A stretch of DNA of 64,000 nucleotides from Christensenella sp. UBA1428. GTDB lineage: Bacteria; Bacillota; Clostridia; Christensenellales; UBA1750. The notes below the pieces were generated by a model. That model was not told where the DNA came from. It worked only from the letters and a program-made list of their open reading frames with translations, and did not search any database. The stretch is taken from contig DCTY01000014.1 of the NCBI GenBank assembly GCA_002329335.1, forward strand, positions 14,697-78,696. Direction: 5' to 3'. Position 1 is the first letter of the stretch. Each line of letters opens with the position of its first letter. Shown here in pieces: positions 38,609 to 49,046 of this stretch. Position numbers and translations under genes: made by a program.

Positions 38609-39418
38609 ATGAACAGCTTTGTCAAGCCCGCCGCGCGCATCATCGACGCGCACACGCATATTTTCCCCCAAAAGATTGCCGCAAAGGCCACCGACGCCAT
38701 CGGCGCGTTTTATGACCTGCCCATGGCGGCCGTCGGCGACTCCGAAGCGCTTTTAAAAAGCGGCAGGAGCATCGGCGTAGACCGGTATCTGGTCTGTTCC
38801 AGCGCCACAACGCCCGCGCAGAGCGCGCATATCAACGATTTTATCGCCCAGCAATGCCGGCTGCACCATGAATTTTTCGGCTTTGGCACGCTCCATCCCC
38901 TGATGGATGGCCTTGAAGCGGAAGCGGACCGGATTTTGGCGCTCGGCCTGCACGGCGTCAAGCTGCACCCGGATTTTCAGAAATTTAACATCGACGATCC
39001 CAAGGCGCTTGCGCTCTATCGCGCCTGTGCCAGCCGCAAGCTGACGGTGCTGTTTCACACCGGCGACAACCGCTATGATTTTTCCGCCCCGGCGCGCCTG
39101 GCGCGGGCCATGGATCAGGTGCCGGATCTGACCTGCATCGCCGCGCATTTCGGCGGTTACCGCCGTTGGGACGAATCGGTGCAATATTTAAAGCGCGACC
39201 ATGTGTGGTTTGACACCTCCAGTGCGCTATTCGCCCTATCGCCCGAGCAGGCCCGTGCCATCATCGATGCGTTCGGCTATGAACGGTTCTTCTTTGGCAC
39301 GGATCACCCCATGTGGGATCATCAGGGCGAGCTTGCACGGTTTCTGGCGCTGAAGCTGCCAAAGGAAGCGGCCGACGCGATTTTCTATCAAAATTTTGAG
39401 CGCGTTTTTGGCCTGTAA
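38609..39418 (+). CDS. amidohydrolase-2 family metal-dependent hydrolase (TIM barrel)
   Basis: 269 aa from the ATG at 38609 (GGAAGG upstream): IIDAHTHIFP...GVKLHPDFQ...VLFHTGD...IAAHFGG...FFGTDHPMW. The track start at 38261 is unsupported. Confidence 0.85.
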   Translation: MNSFVKPAARIIDAHTHIFPQKIAAKATDAIGAFYDLPMAAVGDSEALLKSGRSIGVDRYLVCSSATTPAQSAHINDFIAQQCRLHHEFFGFGTLHPLMDGLEAEADRILALGLHGVKLHPDFQKFNIDDPKALALYRACASRKLTVLFHTGDNRYDFSAPARLARAMDQVPDLTCIAAHFGGYRRWDESVQYLKRDHVWFDTSSALFALSPEQARAIIDAFGYERFFFGTDHPMWDHQGELARFLALKLPKEAADAIFYQNFERVFGL

Positions 39419-39431
39419 TTATCCTGAAACA

Positions 39432-39532
39432 AAAAAGCGGCCCCTCGTATCCGGCCTTCCTGCGCGCATGCACAGCCCGTTTTTATACGCAGCCATGCAT
39501 GCGCGCAGAAGGCCCGAACAGGGCCGCTTTTT
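39432..39532. terminator. ~100-nt nested hairpin, bidirectional terminator between convergent genes
   Basis: Three coaxial helices: AAAAAGCGGCCC/GGGCCGCTTTTT, GGCCTT/AAGGCC, and CTGCGCGCATGCA/TGCATGCGCGCAG (13 bp), about 31 bp in total. Confidence 0.75.
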
Positions 39533-39553
39533 ATTGGTCCTTATGAAGAAAAT

Positions 39554-40057
39554 TTACCGAACGCCCATACGCGCGCGCATCAGCGGCTTGATGCCGCCGG
39601 CGTCCAGGATTTCCATCGCCTTGGGGCCAAGCTTCTCGCAGGGCAGCACCGCGCCGGTTTCCCGCACAGTCGCCGTGCCCTCTGAAAGATCCACCGAAAG
39701 GGTCCAGCCGTTTTCAATCGCCGCCGACGCGCCGGGACAAACGACCAGCGGCAGCCCCAGGTTGATGGCATTGCGAAAGAAAATACGGGCAAAGGAATCC
39801 GCCAGCACCGCCGCCGCGCCCATGTTGACCAGCGCGATGGGCGCATGTTCGCGGCTGGAGCCGCACCCGAAATTGCGCCCGGCAACGACAATATCCCCTT
39901 TTTTAAAATTGGGCGCGATGGATTCGTCCACGCCCGAAAGACAGCGCGCGCCGATTTCACCAGGATCGGTCAGCGCCAGAAAGCGGCCGGGGAAAATCTG
40001 GTCGGTGTCGATATTATCGCCCAAAACGACGGCTTTTCCGTTTAAAATCATATCCAT
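39554..40057 (-). CDS. leuD: aconitase-family dehydratase small subunit (LeuD-type 3-isopropylmalate/homoaconitate dehydratase)
   Basis: 167 aa: DNIDTDQIFPGRFL...GRNFGCGSSREHAP. AGGAGGG RBS. Confidence 0.85.
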   Translation of the reverse strand: MDMILNGKAVVLGDNIDTDQIFPGRFLALTDPGEIGARCLSGVDESIAPNFKKGDIVVAGRNFGCGSSREHAPIALVNMGAAAVLADSFARIFFRNAINLGLPLVVCPGASAAIENGWTLSVDLSEGTATVRETGAVLPCEKLGPKAMEILDAGGIKPLMRARMGVR

Positions 40058-40069
40058 GTCCAGCCCTCC

Positions 40070-41317
40070 TTACAGCGTGCGCGGATCGGTAATGCAGCCC
40101 TTGAGCACGGAAGCGGCGACGGTCGCCGGCGACGCCAGATAGATCTGCGCGTCCCTGCTGCCCATGCGGCCGGGGAAATTGCGGTTGGAAGCGGTAATGC
40201 AGACCTCGCCCGGAGCCAGCACGCCCTCGTGCGCCGACAAGCACGGCCCGCAGCCGGGCGAGGAAATCGTCGCGCCCGCTTCCATCAAATCCTGAATATA
40301 CCCCTTGTCCAGGCACGCCCGCATGACCTGCGCCGAGGCAGGGATCACAATCAGCCGCACATACCGGGGGATCTTTTTGCCGCGCAGAATTTCCCATGCC
40401 TGGCGGATATCGTCCTCTCTTCCGCCGGTGCATGCGCCGACAAAGCCCTGATGGACTTTCACGCCCAGCACGTCGTCAATCGGGCTGACATTGTCCACGC
40501 TGTGCGGTTTGGCAATTTGCGGGGAAAGATCGCTCACGTCAAAGACAAACGTCTGCGCATACTCAAAATCCGCATCCGTTTCCACAACCTCAAAGGGACG
40601 CACCGCCCGCGGCGTCACATAGTCCAGCACCGCCTGATTGGGCTGCATATACGCCGTTTTTGCGCCCATCTCAACTGCCATGTTGCAAAGCACCATTCGT
40701 CCGCTCACATCCAGGTTTTCCACATAGGACCCGGTAAAGTCGATGGCTTTATAGACCGCGCCGTCGGCCTTGATTTTGCCAAGCACATGCAAAATCACAT
40801 CCTTGGGATATACGCCTGCGCCGGGCTGCCCGTCGATGCGCACCTGAACCACCTGCGGCACGCGCATCCACAATTCGCCGGTCATCAAAATGCAGGCCAT
40901 ATCCGTCGCGCCCACACCGGTGCCGAACGCACCGAACGCGCCGTGGGTGGTGGTATGCGAATCGGTCGCCACGACGATCATGCCCGGATAGATCAGCCCC
41001 GCCTCGGGCATCACCTGATGGCAGACGCCCGCGTCCACGTCAAAATGATAGGTCAGCTCGTTTTTCCGGGCAAATTCGCGCATTTCCCCGTGGTTTTTCG
41101 CGCTTTGGATCGTCGGGGCGGGCGCATAGTGATCAAACACAAACGCGGCGCGATCCTTATCCCAGACCTTTTGGCCGCCCATTTCGTAAAACGAATAGAC
41201 CGTCTGAAGATACAAATCGTTGATTTCTGCAAAATCGACCTTCACGTTGACGATTTCGCCGGTACGCACCGACGCCACGCCCGCCGCTTTGGCCATAATT
41301 TTTTCAATTGCGTGCAT
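40070..41317 (-). CDS. leuC: aconitase-family dehydratase large subunit (LeuC-type)
   Basis: 416 aa from the ATG at 41317 (AAAAGGAG upstream), with Fe-S cluster cysteines (GACTGG, SPGCGPC). The track start at 41680 adds an unsupported 121 aa. Confidence 0.88.
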   Translation of the reverse strand: MHAIEKIMAKAAGVASVRTGEIVNVKVDFAEINDLYLQTVYSFYEMGGQKVWDKDRAAFVFDHYAPAPTIQSAKNHGEMREFARKNELTYHFDVDAGVCHQVMPEAGLIYPGMIVVATDSHTTTHGAFGAFGTGVGATDMACILMTGELWMRVPQVVQVRIDGQPGAGVYPKDVILHVLGKIKADGAVYKAIDFTGSYVENLDVSGRMVLCNMAVEMGAKTAYMQPNQAVLDYVTPRAVRPFEVVETDADFEYAQTFVFDVSDLSPQIAKPHSVDNVSPIDDVLGVKVHQGFVGACTGGREDDIRQAWEILRGKKIPRYVRLIVIPASAQVMRACLDKGYIQDLMEAGATISSPGCGPCLSAHEGVLAPGEVCITASNRNFPGRMGSRDAQIYLASPATVAASVLKGCITDPRTL

Positions 41318-41532
41318 GGGATAGCTCCTTTTGATCAAATTAGCACAGGGGACATCCGCCCAAACCGCGCCGGATTTCAGCGTAAAGCGCATCCGGCGCA
41401 TCTGCGCAGCACAAAACGCGCTTTTGCGCCGCCGAACGGCCTTCCCCCTGCATACGGATTTATAACGATATTTTACCATAATCGCGCGCATCAAACAACC
41501 GCAATCCGGGCAAACTTTATCCGGGGAAATTC

Positions 41533-41561
41533 TTGACATTTGTCCAAAACTGCGATATGTT
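41533..41561 (+). promoter_or_regulatory. sigma-A-type promoter of copA
   Basis: TTGACA, 17-nt spacer, TATGTT. The -35 box sits within GACAttTGTC. Downstream IR GGGAAT-g-ATTCCC at 41578..41590. Confidence 0.6.
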
Positions 41562-41605
41562 ATATACGACAAACTTGGGGAATGATTCCCGATGGGAGGT
41601 CGTTT

Positions 41606-44179
<2,574 letters not shown>

Positions 44180-44198
44180 ACCGGACGCCCGAAAAACA

Positions 44199-44241
44199 GA
44201 AAACGGCGCGGAATCTCCAAGCGAGGCTCCGCGCCGTTTTT
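44199..44241. terminator. bidirectional intrinsic terminator between copA and the FG-GAP gene
   Basis: AAAACGGCGCGGA-15 nt-TCCGCGCCGTTTTT. Confidence 0.85.
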
Positions 44242-44247
44242 GGTTCG

Positions 44248-45579
44248 TCAGTCGTTTTGCTGTTTCAAAATCCACAGATGCGTGCGGTTATAATAAATAA
44301 ACTCCAATTGGCCGTCGTGATCGATATCGTATTGCTCCACGGCAAAGCCCGCGCCGAAATCGCCCTTCTGTCTTTCAGGCAGCCCCCACCGGGTCACATC
44401 GACGCTCTGGGCCAGATGCGGGAACCGGAACAGGATCGTCCCCCGCCCATCCAGAACAAAGTCCTCAAAACCGGAATTTCCCGAAATCGGCAGATCATGA
44501 TAGCCCATCTTTTCCGATTTTTCAATATACTCCCTTTGCAGCTGCGCAGACATTCTGCCGGGGCCCGGATGAAACAGGATCAGATCCAGCCCGTCCTCGC
44601 CCGCGCCCGCCAGCAGGCTGGCATAGCCGTTGCAGGGAAATTCCCAAAGGACGTTTCCGCCGCAGTCCATCATCACCGCGCCGCCGTGGGTCGCACGGTT
44701 GCACATGAACAGCTGTTTGCCGGCAACGCCCTGCATAAACCGCCCGACAACAACCTTCTGAGGATGGGGAAAATCGCTGCGGGTTAAAAGATGCTCCCCT
44801 TTAACGTTCACGATGATGAAATCCTCGTTGTCGGTGCAGTAGATCACCTCCTGGACGCCGTCCTGGTTGATATCGTCCACTACGATCTGATCGGCATGGG
44901 AGGGAAAATCAAAGCTCCACAAAATCGTTCCATCGTGATCCAGCAGATTATACCCCTCGAAAATCTCGTCGCTGCCGTCCCCGTCAACATCGCAAAAAAG
45001 GATATTGTGACCGCCGCCGCTCAGCGCCGTCTGCTCCCAGAGGAAGTTGAGCTGCGCGTCGTAGGCCGCGATGGGCTTGCCATAGCCGTATTCGCTGTTG
45101 CCGTCGCATTTGACGAGGATACGGGTGCTCCCGTCGGCCATTTTCTGAAGGCCGATGATGTTATACGCCTCTGTCTTGAGCGTAATTTCCCGAAGCTTTT
45201 CCCCGTTCGCCGCATCAAACAGGCTCAGACGGTCCTTGCGGATGCACACGCCGATCATCCTGCCGTCGCCGTACAGGTCGCAAAATGCGGTCATTGCCGC
45301 GCCGGAATGGGAATTATAGGGTTTTTCCTGCGTCCACGGCGCGCCCGTCTGCCACAGGACACGGCCGTCCTGCGTCATGCAGGTCAGCTGGAACAGATCG
45401 GCGTTTTCATCCTCGATATGGCCGTGGAATCCGTCCTTATAGAATTTGGAATCCAGCATGCCGGGGCTCTGGCGCAGCACCAGCTCCTGCTCCCCGTCGC
45501 CGTTGACATCCACGATATACAGGGTTTCGCCGCCGTTTTTCCCCAGCTCCAATTCCTTGACAATCCCGAATTTTTTCAT
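44248..45579 (-). CDS. FG-GAP/VCBS-repeat beta-propeller protein, cytoplasmic, function unknown
   Basis: 443 aa with repeated Ca-binding-like DxDGDG loops (DVNGDGEQE, DLYGDGRM, DVDGDGSDE, DINQDGVQE). No signal peptide. GGAG RBS. Confidence 0.8.
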   Translation of the reverse strand: MKKFGIVKELELGKNGGETLYIVDVNGDGEQELVLRQSPGMLDSKFYKDGFHGHIEDENADLFQLTCMTQDGRVLWQTGAPWTQEKPYNSHSGAAMTAFCDLYGDGRMIGVCIRKDRLSLFDAANGEKLREITLKTEAYNIIGLQKMADGSTRILVKCDGNSEYGYGKPIAAYDAQLNFLWEQTALSGGGHNILFCDVDGDGSDEIFEGYNLLDHDGTILWSFDFPSHADQIVVDDINQDGVQEVIYCTDNEDFIIVNVKGEHLLTRSDFPHPQKVVVGRFMQGVAGKQLFMCNRATHGGAVMMDCGGNVLWEFPCNGYASLLAGAGEDGLDLILFHPGPGRMSAQLQREYIEKSEKMGYHDLPISGNSGFEDFVLDGRGTILFRFPHLAQSVDVTRWGLPERQKGDFGAGFAVEQYDIDHDGQLEFIYYNRTHLWILKQQND

Positions 45580-45627
45580 TTTCAGGCTCCTTTCTCCGGT
45601 TTGGTGTCTTTACAGCATCCTGCATAG

Positions 45628-45667
45628 AAAAAACCCGCCGGGCGCGGCGCTATGCCGGGTCGGCGGG
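45628..45667 (-). terminator. intrinsic terminator after the OadG-like gene
   Basis: Minus strand reads CCCGCCGACCCGGCATAGCGCCGCGCCCGGCGGG followed by TTTTTTCT. Confidence 0.8.
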
Positions 45668-45679
45668 AAAGTATACGGT

Positions 45680-45820
45680 TTAATCCTGTTTTTTACCGGC
45701 AGTAAAACGGTTCAGCGCCATGGTCACCAGAATGATCACACCGATGACGGCCAGAATCGTCACCATGCCGACGCCCATGTATTTCAGGCAATGGACAAAT
45801 TCAATAGGTTGAAAATTCAT
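45680..45820 (-). CDS. 46-aa single-TM protein, OadG-like small subunit of Na+-translocating decarboxylases (not in ORF track)
   Basis: Own translation: MNFQPIEFVHCLKYMGVGMVTILAVIGVIILVTMALNRFTAGKKQD. GGAGG 7 nt before the ATG. Starts 12 nt after the oadB stop. GxGMxxV...L pattern as in OadG family proteins. Confidence 0.7.
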   Translation of the reverse strand: MNFQPIEFVHCLKYMGVGMVTILAVIGVIILVTMALNRFTAGKKQD

Positions 45821-45832
45821 AATACGGCCTCC

Positions 45833-46921
45833 TTACAGGAAGAAATTGAGGATCAGGCCGCCGGCGATGACCGAAGCGATCTGGCCGGAGACGTTGACGC
45901 CGATGGAATGCATCAAAAGGAAATTCTGCGGATCCTCCGCCAGACCCATCTTATGCACAACGCGGCCGGACATCGGGAACGCCGAAATACCCGCGGCGCC
46001 GATCATGGGATTGATCTTGGTCTTTAAAAATACGTTGAGCAGTTTGGCAAACAGCACGCCGCCGGCGGTATCAAAGATGAACGCCACCAGGCCCAGGCCC
46101 AGGATCAGCAGCGTATCCAGTTCCAGGAACATGTCCGCCTGCATCTGAAGGGCAATCGTGATGCCCAAAAACAGCGTTACCAGATTGGCCAGCACCTTCT
46201 GCGCCGTTTCCGACAGAGAATTGAGCACGCCGCATTCGCGGATCAGATTGCCGAACATCAAAAAGCCAACCAGCGCAACCGACTCCGGCGCAACCATGCC
46301 GGCGATCACCGTGATGATGATCGGGAAAAGAATCCGCGTGGTCTTGCTGACCTCTTTTTGCACATAGGGCATGCGGATCTGACGTTCTTTTTTGGTGGTG
46401 AGCATTTTGATCACCGGAGGCTGAATGATGGGCACCAGCGCCATATACGAATAGGCCGCCACCATAATCGCGCCCAGGTATTTGGAGCCGAGCTTCTGCG
46501 CCACAACGATGGAGGTAGGGCCGTCCGCCGCGCCGATAATCGCAATGGACGCCGCGTCGTTGATGTCAAAGAACATCGCGGCGATGCACAGGGTCAGGAA
46601 AATACCGAACTGCGCCGCAGCGCCGAAGATCATCAGCTTGGGATTGGACAGCAGCGGCCCGAAATCGATCATCGCGCCAATGCCGATAAAGAGCAGAAGC
46701 GGGAAAAGTTCGTTTGAAATACCGGCATTAAAAAGCGTTTGCAGCACTTCAATAGCGCCGGAATTGGGCAGGTTCACCAAAATCGCGCCAAAGCCCATCG
46801 GCAAAAGCAGCGTCGGCTCCATGTCCTTTTTGATCGCCAGATAGATCAGCGCTGCGCCGATTGCCCACATGACCAGCATCTGCCAGGTAATGCACGACAA
46901 ATTGTGCAAAATTGCCTCCAT
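45833..46921 (-). CDS. oadB: sodium ion-translocating decarboxylase beta subunit (OadB/GcdB/MmdB family)
   Basis: 362 aa from the ATG at 46921: EPTLLLPMGFGAILVN, IGAADGPTS, NPMIGAAGISAFPMSGRVV, MHSIGVNVSGQI. The track start at 46987 is unsupported. Confidence 0.92.
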   Translation of the reverse strand: MEAILHNLSCITWQMLVMWAIGAALIYLAIKKDMEPTLLLPMGFGAILVNLPNSGAIEVLQTLFNAGISNELFPLLLFIGIGAMIDFGPLLSNPKLMIFGAAAQFGIFLTLCIAAMFFDINDAASIAIIGAADGPTSIVVAQKLGSKYLGAIMVAAYSYMALVPIIQPPVIKMLTTKKERQIRMPYVQKEVSKTTRILFPIIITVIAGMVAPESVALVGFLMFGNLIRECGVLNSLSETAQKVLANLVTLFLGITIALQMQADMFLELDTLLILGLGLVAFIFDTAGGVLFAKLLNVFLKTKINPMIGAAGISAFPMSGRVVHKMGLAEDPQNFLLMHSIGVNVSGQIASVIAGGLILNFFL

Positions 46922-46970
46922 AGATGAAAAACCTCCAGCCGTTTGATCGCGCCGCCGGGGGCTGCTCCAC

Positions 46971-47000
46971 AAAAAAACAATGCACAACAGGTGTCATGCA
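46971..47000 (-). terminator. terminator-like hairpin + U-run inside the oadB 5' leader (candidate attenuator)
   Basis: Minus strand reads TGCATGAC-acct-GTTGTGCA (includes 2 G.U pairs) followed by TTGTTTTTTTG, about 50 nt before the oadB ATG. Confidence 0.5.
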
Positions 47001-47101
47001 CTGTAAAAGTCTTGCAATGGAAGATGAACGCGGATTAGAAAATCGTATTGACGCGCGCACCACGCCTTCCGGCGCCTGCTACTCCCCTTTACGGCTTTCT
47101 A

Positions 47102-47131
47102 ATTATATAGGAAGCAAGCGCCTCCTGTCAA
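47102..47131 (-). promoter_or_regulatory. strong sigma-A-type promoter of oadB
   Basis: Minus strand has TTGACA, a 16-17-nt spacer, and TATATAAT, about 175 nt upstream of the oadB ATG. Confidence 0.65.
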
Positions 47132-47189
47132 CCATATTTTGCCGCCATTATTCCATTGCGGGGATTCTTTTAGCGTCTTTTTAACGTTT

Positions 47190-49025
47190 TTATGCGTCCC
47201 CGGCGATGGCGCGCTGGGTTTGCTCTTCCACAAACTGATTGGTATAAAGGTTGTAATAATACCCGCCCTTGGCGATAAGCTGGCTGTGATTGCCGTCCTC
47301 GATGATCTTGCCGCCGTGAATAACCAAAATCCGATCCGCGTTGCGGATGGTGGAAAGGCGGTGGGCGACGATAAAGCTCGTACGGCCCTGAAGCACCTTA
47401 CCGATGGCGTTTTGGATCAGCTGTTCGGTCTCCGTGTCGATGGATGAAGTCGCCTCATCCAGCACGAAGATCGCCGGATCGGCCAAAATGGCGCGGGCAA
47501 AGGAAATCAGCTGCTTTTCGCCGGTGGAAAGGCGGCTGCCGCCTTCGCCGACAAAGGTATCGTATCCCTTTTCCAGCTTTGTGATAAACCGGTGGGCGTC
47601 CACCAGCTTTGCCGCACGCTCCACCTCTTCGCGCGTCGCATCCAACCGGCCGTAGCGAATGTTGTCGGCCACCGTACCGGAAAACAGATGCGGCGCCTGC
47701 AGCACATACCCCAGGCGCGACTGCAGCCACAGCTGTGAGCGCTCGCGGTAATCGATGCCGTCGATACAGATGGCGCCCGCGGTCGGCTCATAGAACCGGC
47801 AGACCAGATTGACGATGGTGCTCTTTCCGCTGCCCGTTTCGCCTACCAGCGCGATGGTCTGGCCCGCCCGAACCGTCAGATTAAAATCGTCCAGCACGCG
47901 CTCGCCGCCCTTGTAATGGAACGATACATGGTCAAATGTCACGTCGCCCCGGATTTTCTCCCAGTTTTCACGCTTGGGGTGAATCTCGTCGCCATAGCGC
48001 GCGACAACGTCCGCGCCGTCGACAATGTCCGGCTCCGTCTCCAGCAGGGTCAAAACGCGCTCCGCCGCCGCCTGGGAGGACTGCAGATCGGCAAAAATAC
48101 GCGCCACTTCCCGGATCGGCTCAAACATCTGGGTCGCATAGCTGACAAGCACGGTCAGCGTGCCCAGGCTCATCACGCCCGTATACACGTCATAGCCGCC
48201 CTTCCACAGCGCCAACCCCATGGCGAAGGTCCCGATGGTGGTTACAATGGGCAGATAGACGGCGCTGAGCATGGCCGCGCGCACGGACGAGGTGCGCATG
48301 GTGGCGGTCAGCTGCTTGAATTCGTCAAAATTGCGTTCCTCGCGCACCAGCGTTTTGGTCGTTTTCGCGCCCATAATCCCCTCGTTAAATGCGCCGGTGA
48401 TCTGGGAATTGGTTTTGCGCACCGCACGGTAAGCCGCCAGGATATGCTTTTGGAAATAAACGCTCAAAACGGCCAGCGCCGGCGTTACCGCGATGACCAG
48501 AAGCGCCAGACGCCAATCCTTCAAAAACATGATCACGCAGTAAATCACAATGATCACGCTGCCCCATACCAGATCGAGCAGCGTCCAGCCGATGGTATCG
48601 GCCAGGCGCTGGATATCGCTGGTCATACGGCTCATCAAATAACCCACCGGCGTGCGGTCATAGAAGGTAAAGGAAAGTTCCTGCAGGCGTTTAAAACCCG
48701 CCTGCCGGATGATATAACAGGTGCCCACCTCGATCTTGGCGCTCTGGCACAAAAACAGATAAACCAGCACGCCGGAGAGGATGGAAATAGCAAAATAGAT
48801 CGGGGCAAAAACCTTCATCGCGGAAAGGTCGTTGTTTTGAATCATCTGGTCGATCGCGTAGCTGTTCAAAAGCGGATACGCCGCGTCAATCAGCGCCGTG
48901 AGCGTCATAAACAGCGCGACCAGGCCCAGGTTCTTATAATACGGACGGGCGTATACCACAAGGCGTTTCCACAGGGAAATGTCCAGTTTTTTGGTATAAT
49001 CCTGTTCCGTGGTGAATTGCTGCAT
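47190..49025 (-). CDS. ABC exporter half-transporter (TMD-NBD), consensus catalytic Glu, deviant signature motif
   Basis: 611 aa with Walker A GETGSGKST, signature LSTGEKQL (deviant from LSGGQ), and Walker B FVLDEATSSID. AAAGGAGG RBS. Confidence 0.92.
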   Translation of the reverse strand: MQQFTTEQDYTKKLDISLWKRLVVYARPYYKNLGLVALFMTLTALIDAAYPLLNSYAIDQMIQNNDLSAMKVFAPIYFAISILSGVLVYLFLCQSAKIEVGTCYIIRQAGFKRLQELSFTFYDRTPVGYLMSRMTSDIQRLADTIGWTLLDLVWGSVIIVIYCVIMFLKDWRLALLVIAVTPALAVLSVYFQKHILAAYRAVRKTNSQITGAFNEGIMGAKTTKTLVREERNFDEFKQLTATMRTSSVRAAMLSAVYLPIVTTIGTFAMGLALWKGGYDVYTGVMSLGTLTVLVSYATQMFEPIREVARIFADLQSSQAAAERVLTLLETEPDIVDGADVVARYGDEIHPKRENWEKIRGDVTFDHVSFHYKGGERVLDDFNLTVRAGQTIALVGETGSGKSTIVNLVCRFYEPTAGAICIDGIDYRERSQLWLQSRLGYVLQAPHLFSGTVADNIRYGRLDATREEVERAAKLVDAHRFITKLEKGYDTFVGEGGSRLSTGEKQLISFARAILADPAIFVLDEATSSIDTETEQLIQNAIGKVLQGRTSFIVAHRLSTIRNADRILVIHGGKIIEDGNHSQLIAKGGYYYNLYTNQFVEEQTQRAIAGDA

Positions 49026-49046
49026 AATGGATCGCCTCCTTTAAAA

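Noticed and set aside
41318-41532. Possible T-box or leader-peptide attenuator upstream of leuC. The ~165-nt leader follows TTGTTT-17-TAAAAT and has hairpins GCGCAAAA..TTTTGTGC and GCGCCGGAT..ATCCGGCGC.
   Set aside because: I could find no T-box consensus, no specifier/AGAGA-type elements, no Leu-rich leader ORF with an SD, and no U-run after the hairpins. Left uncalled.
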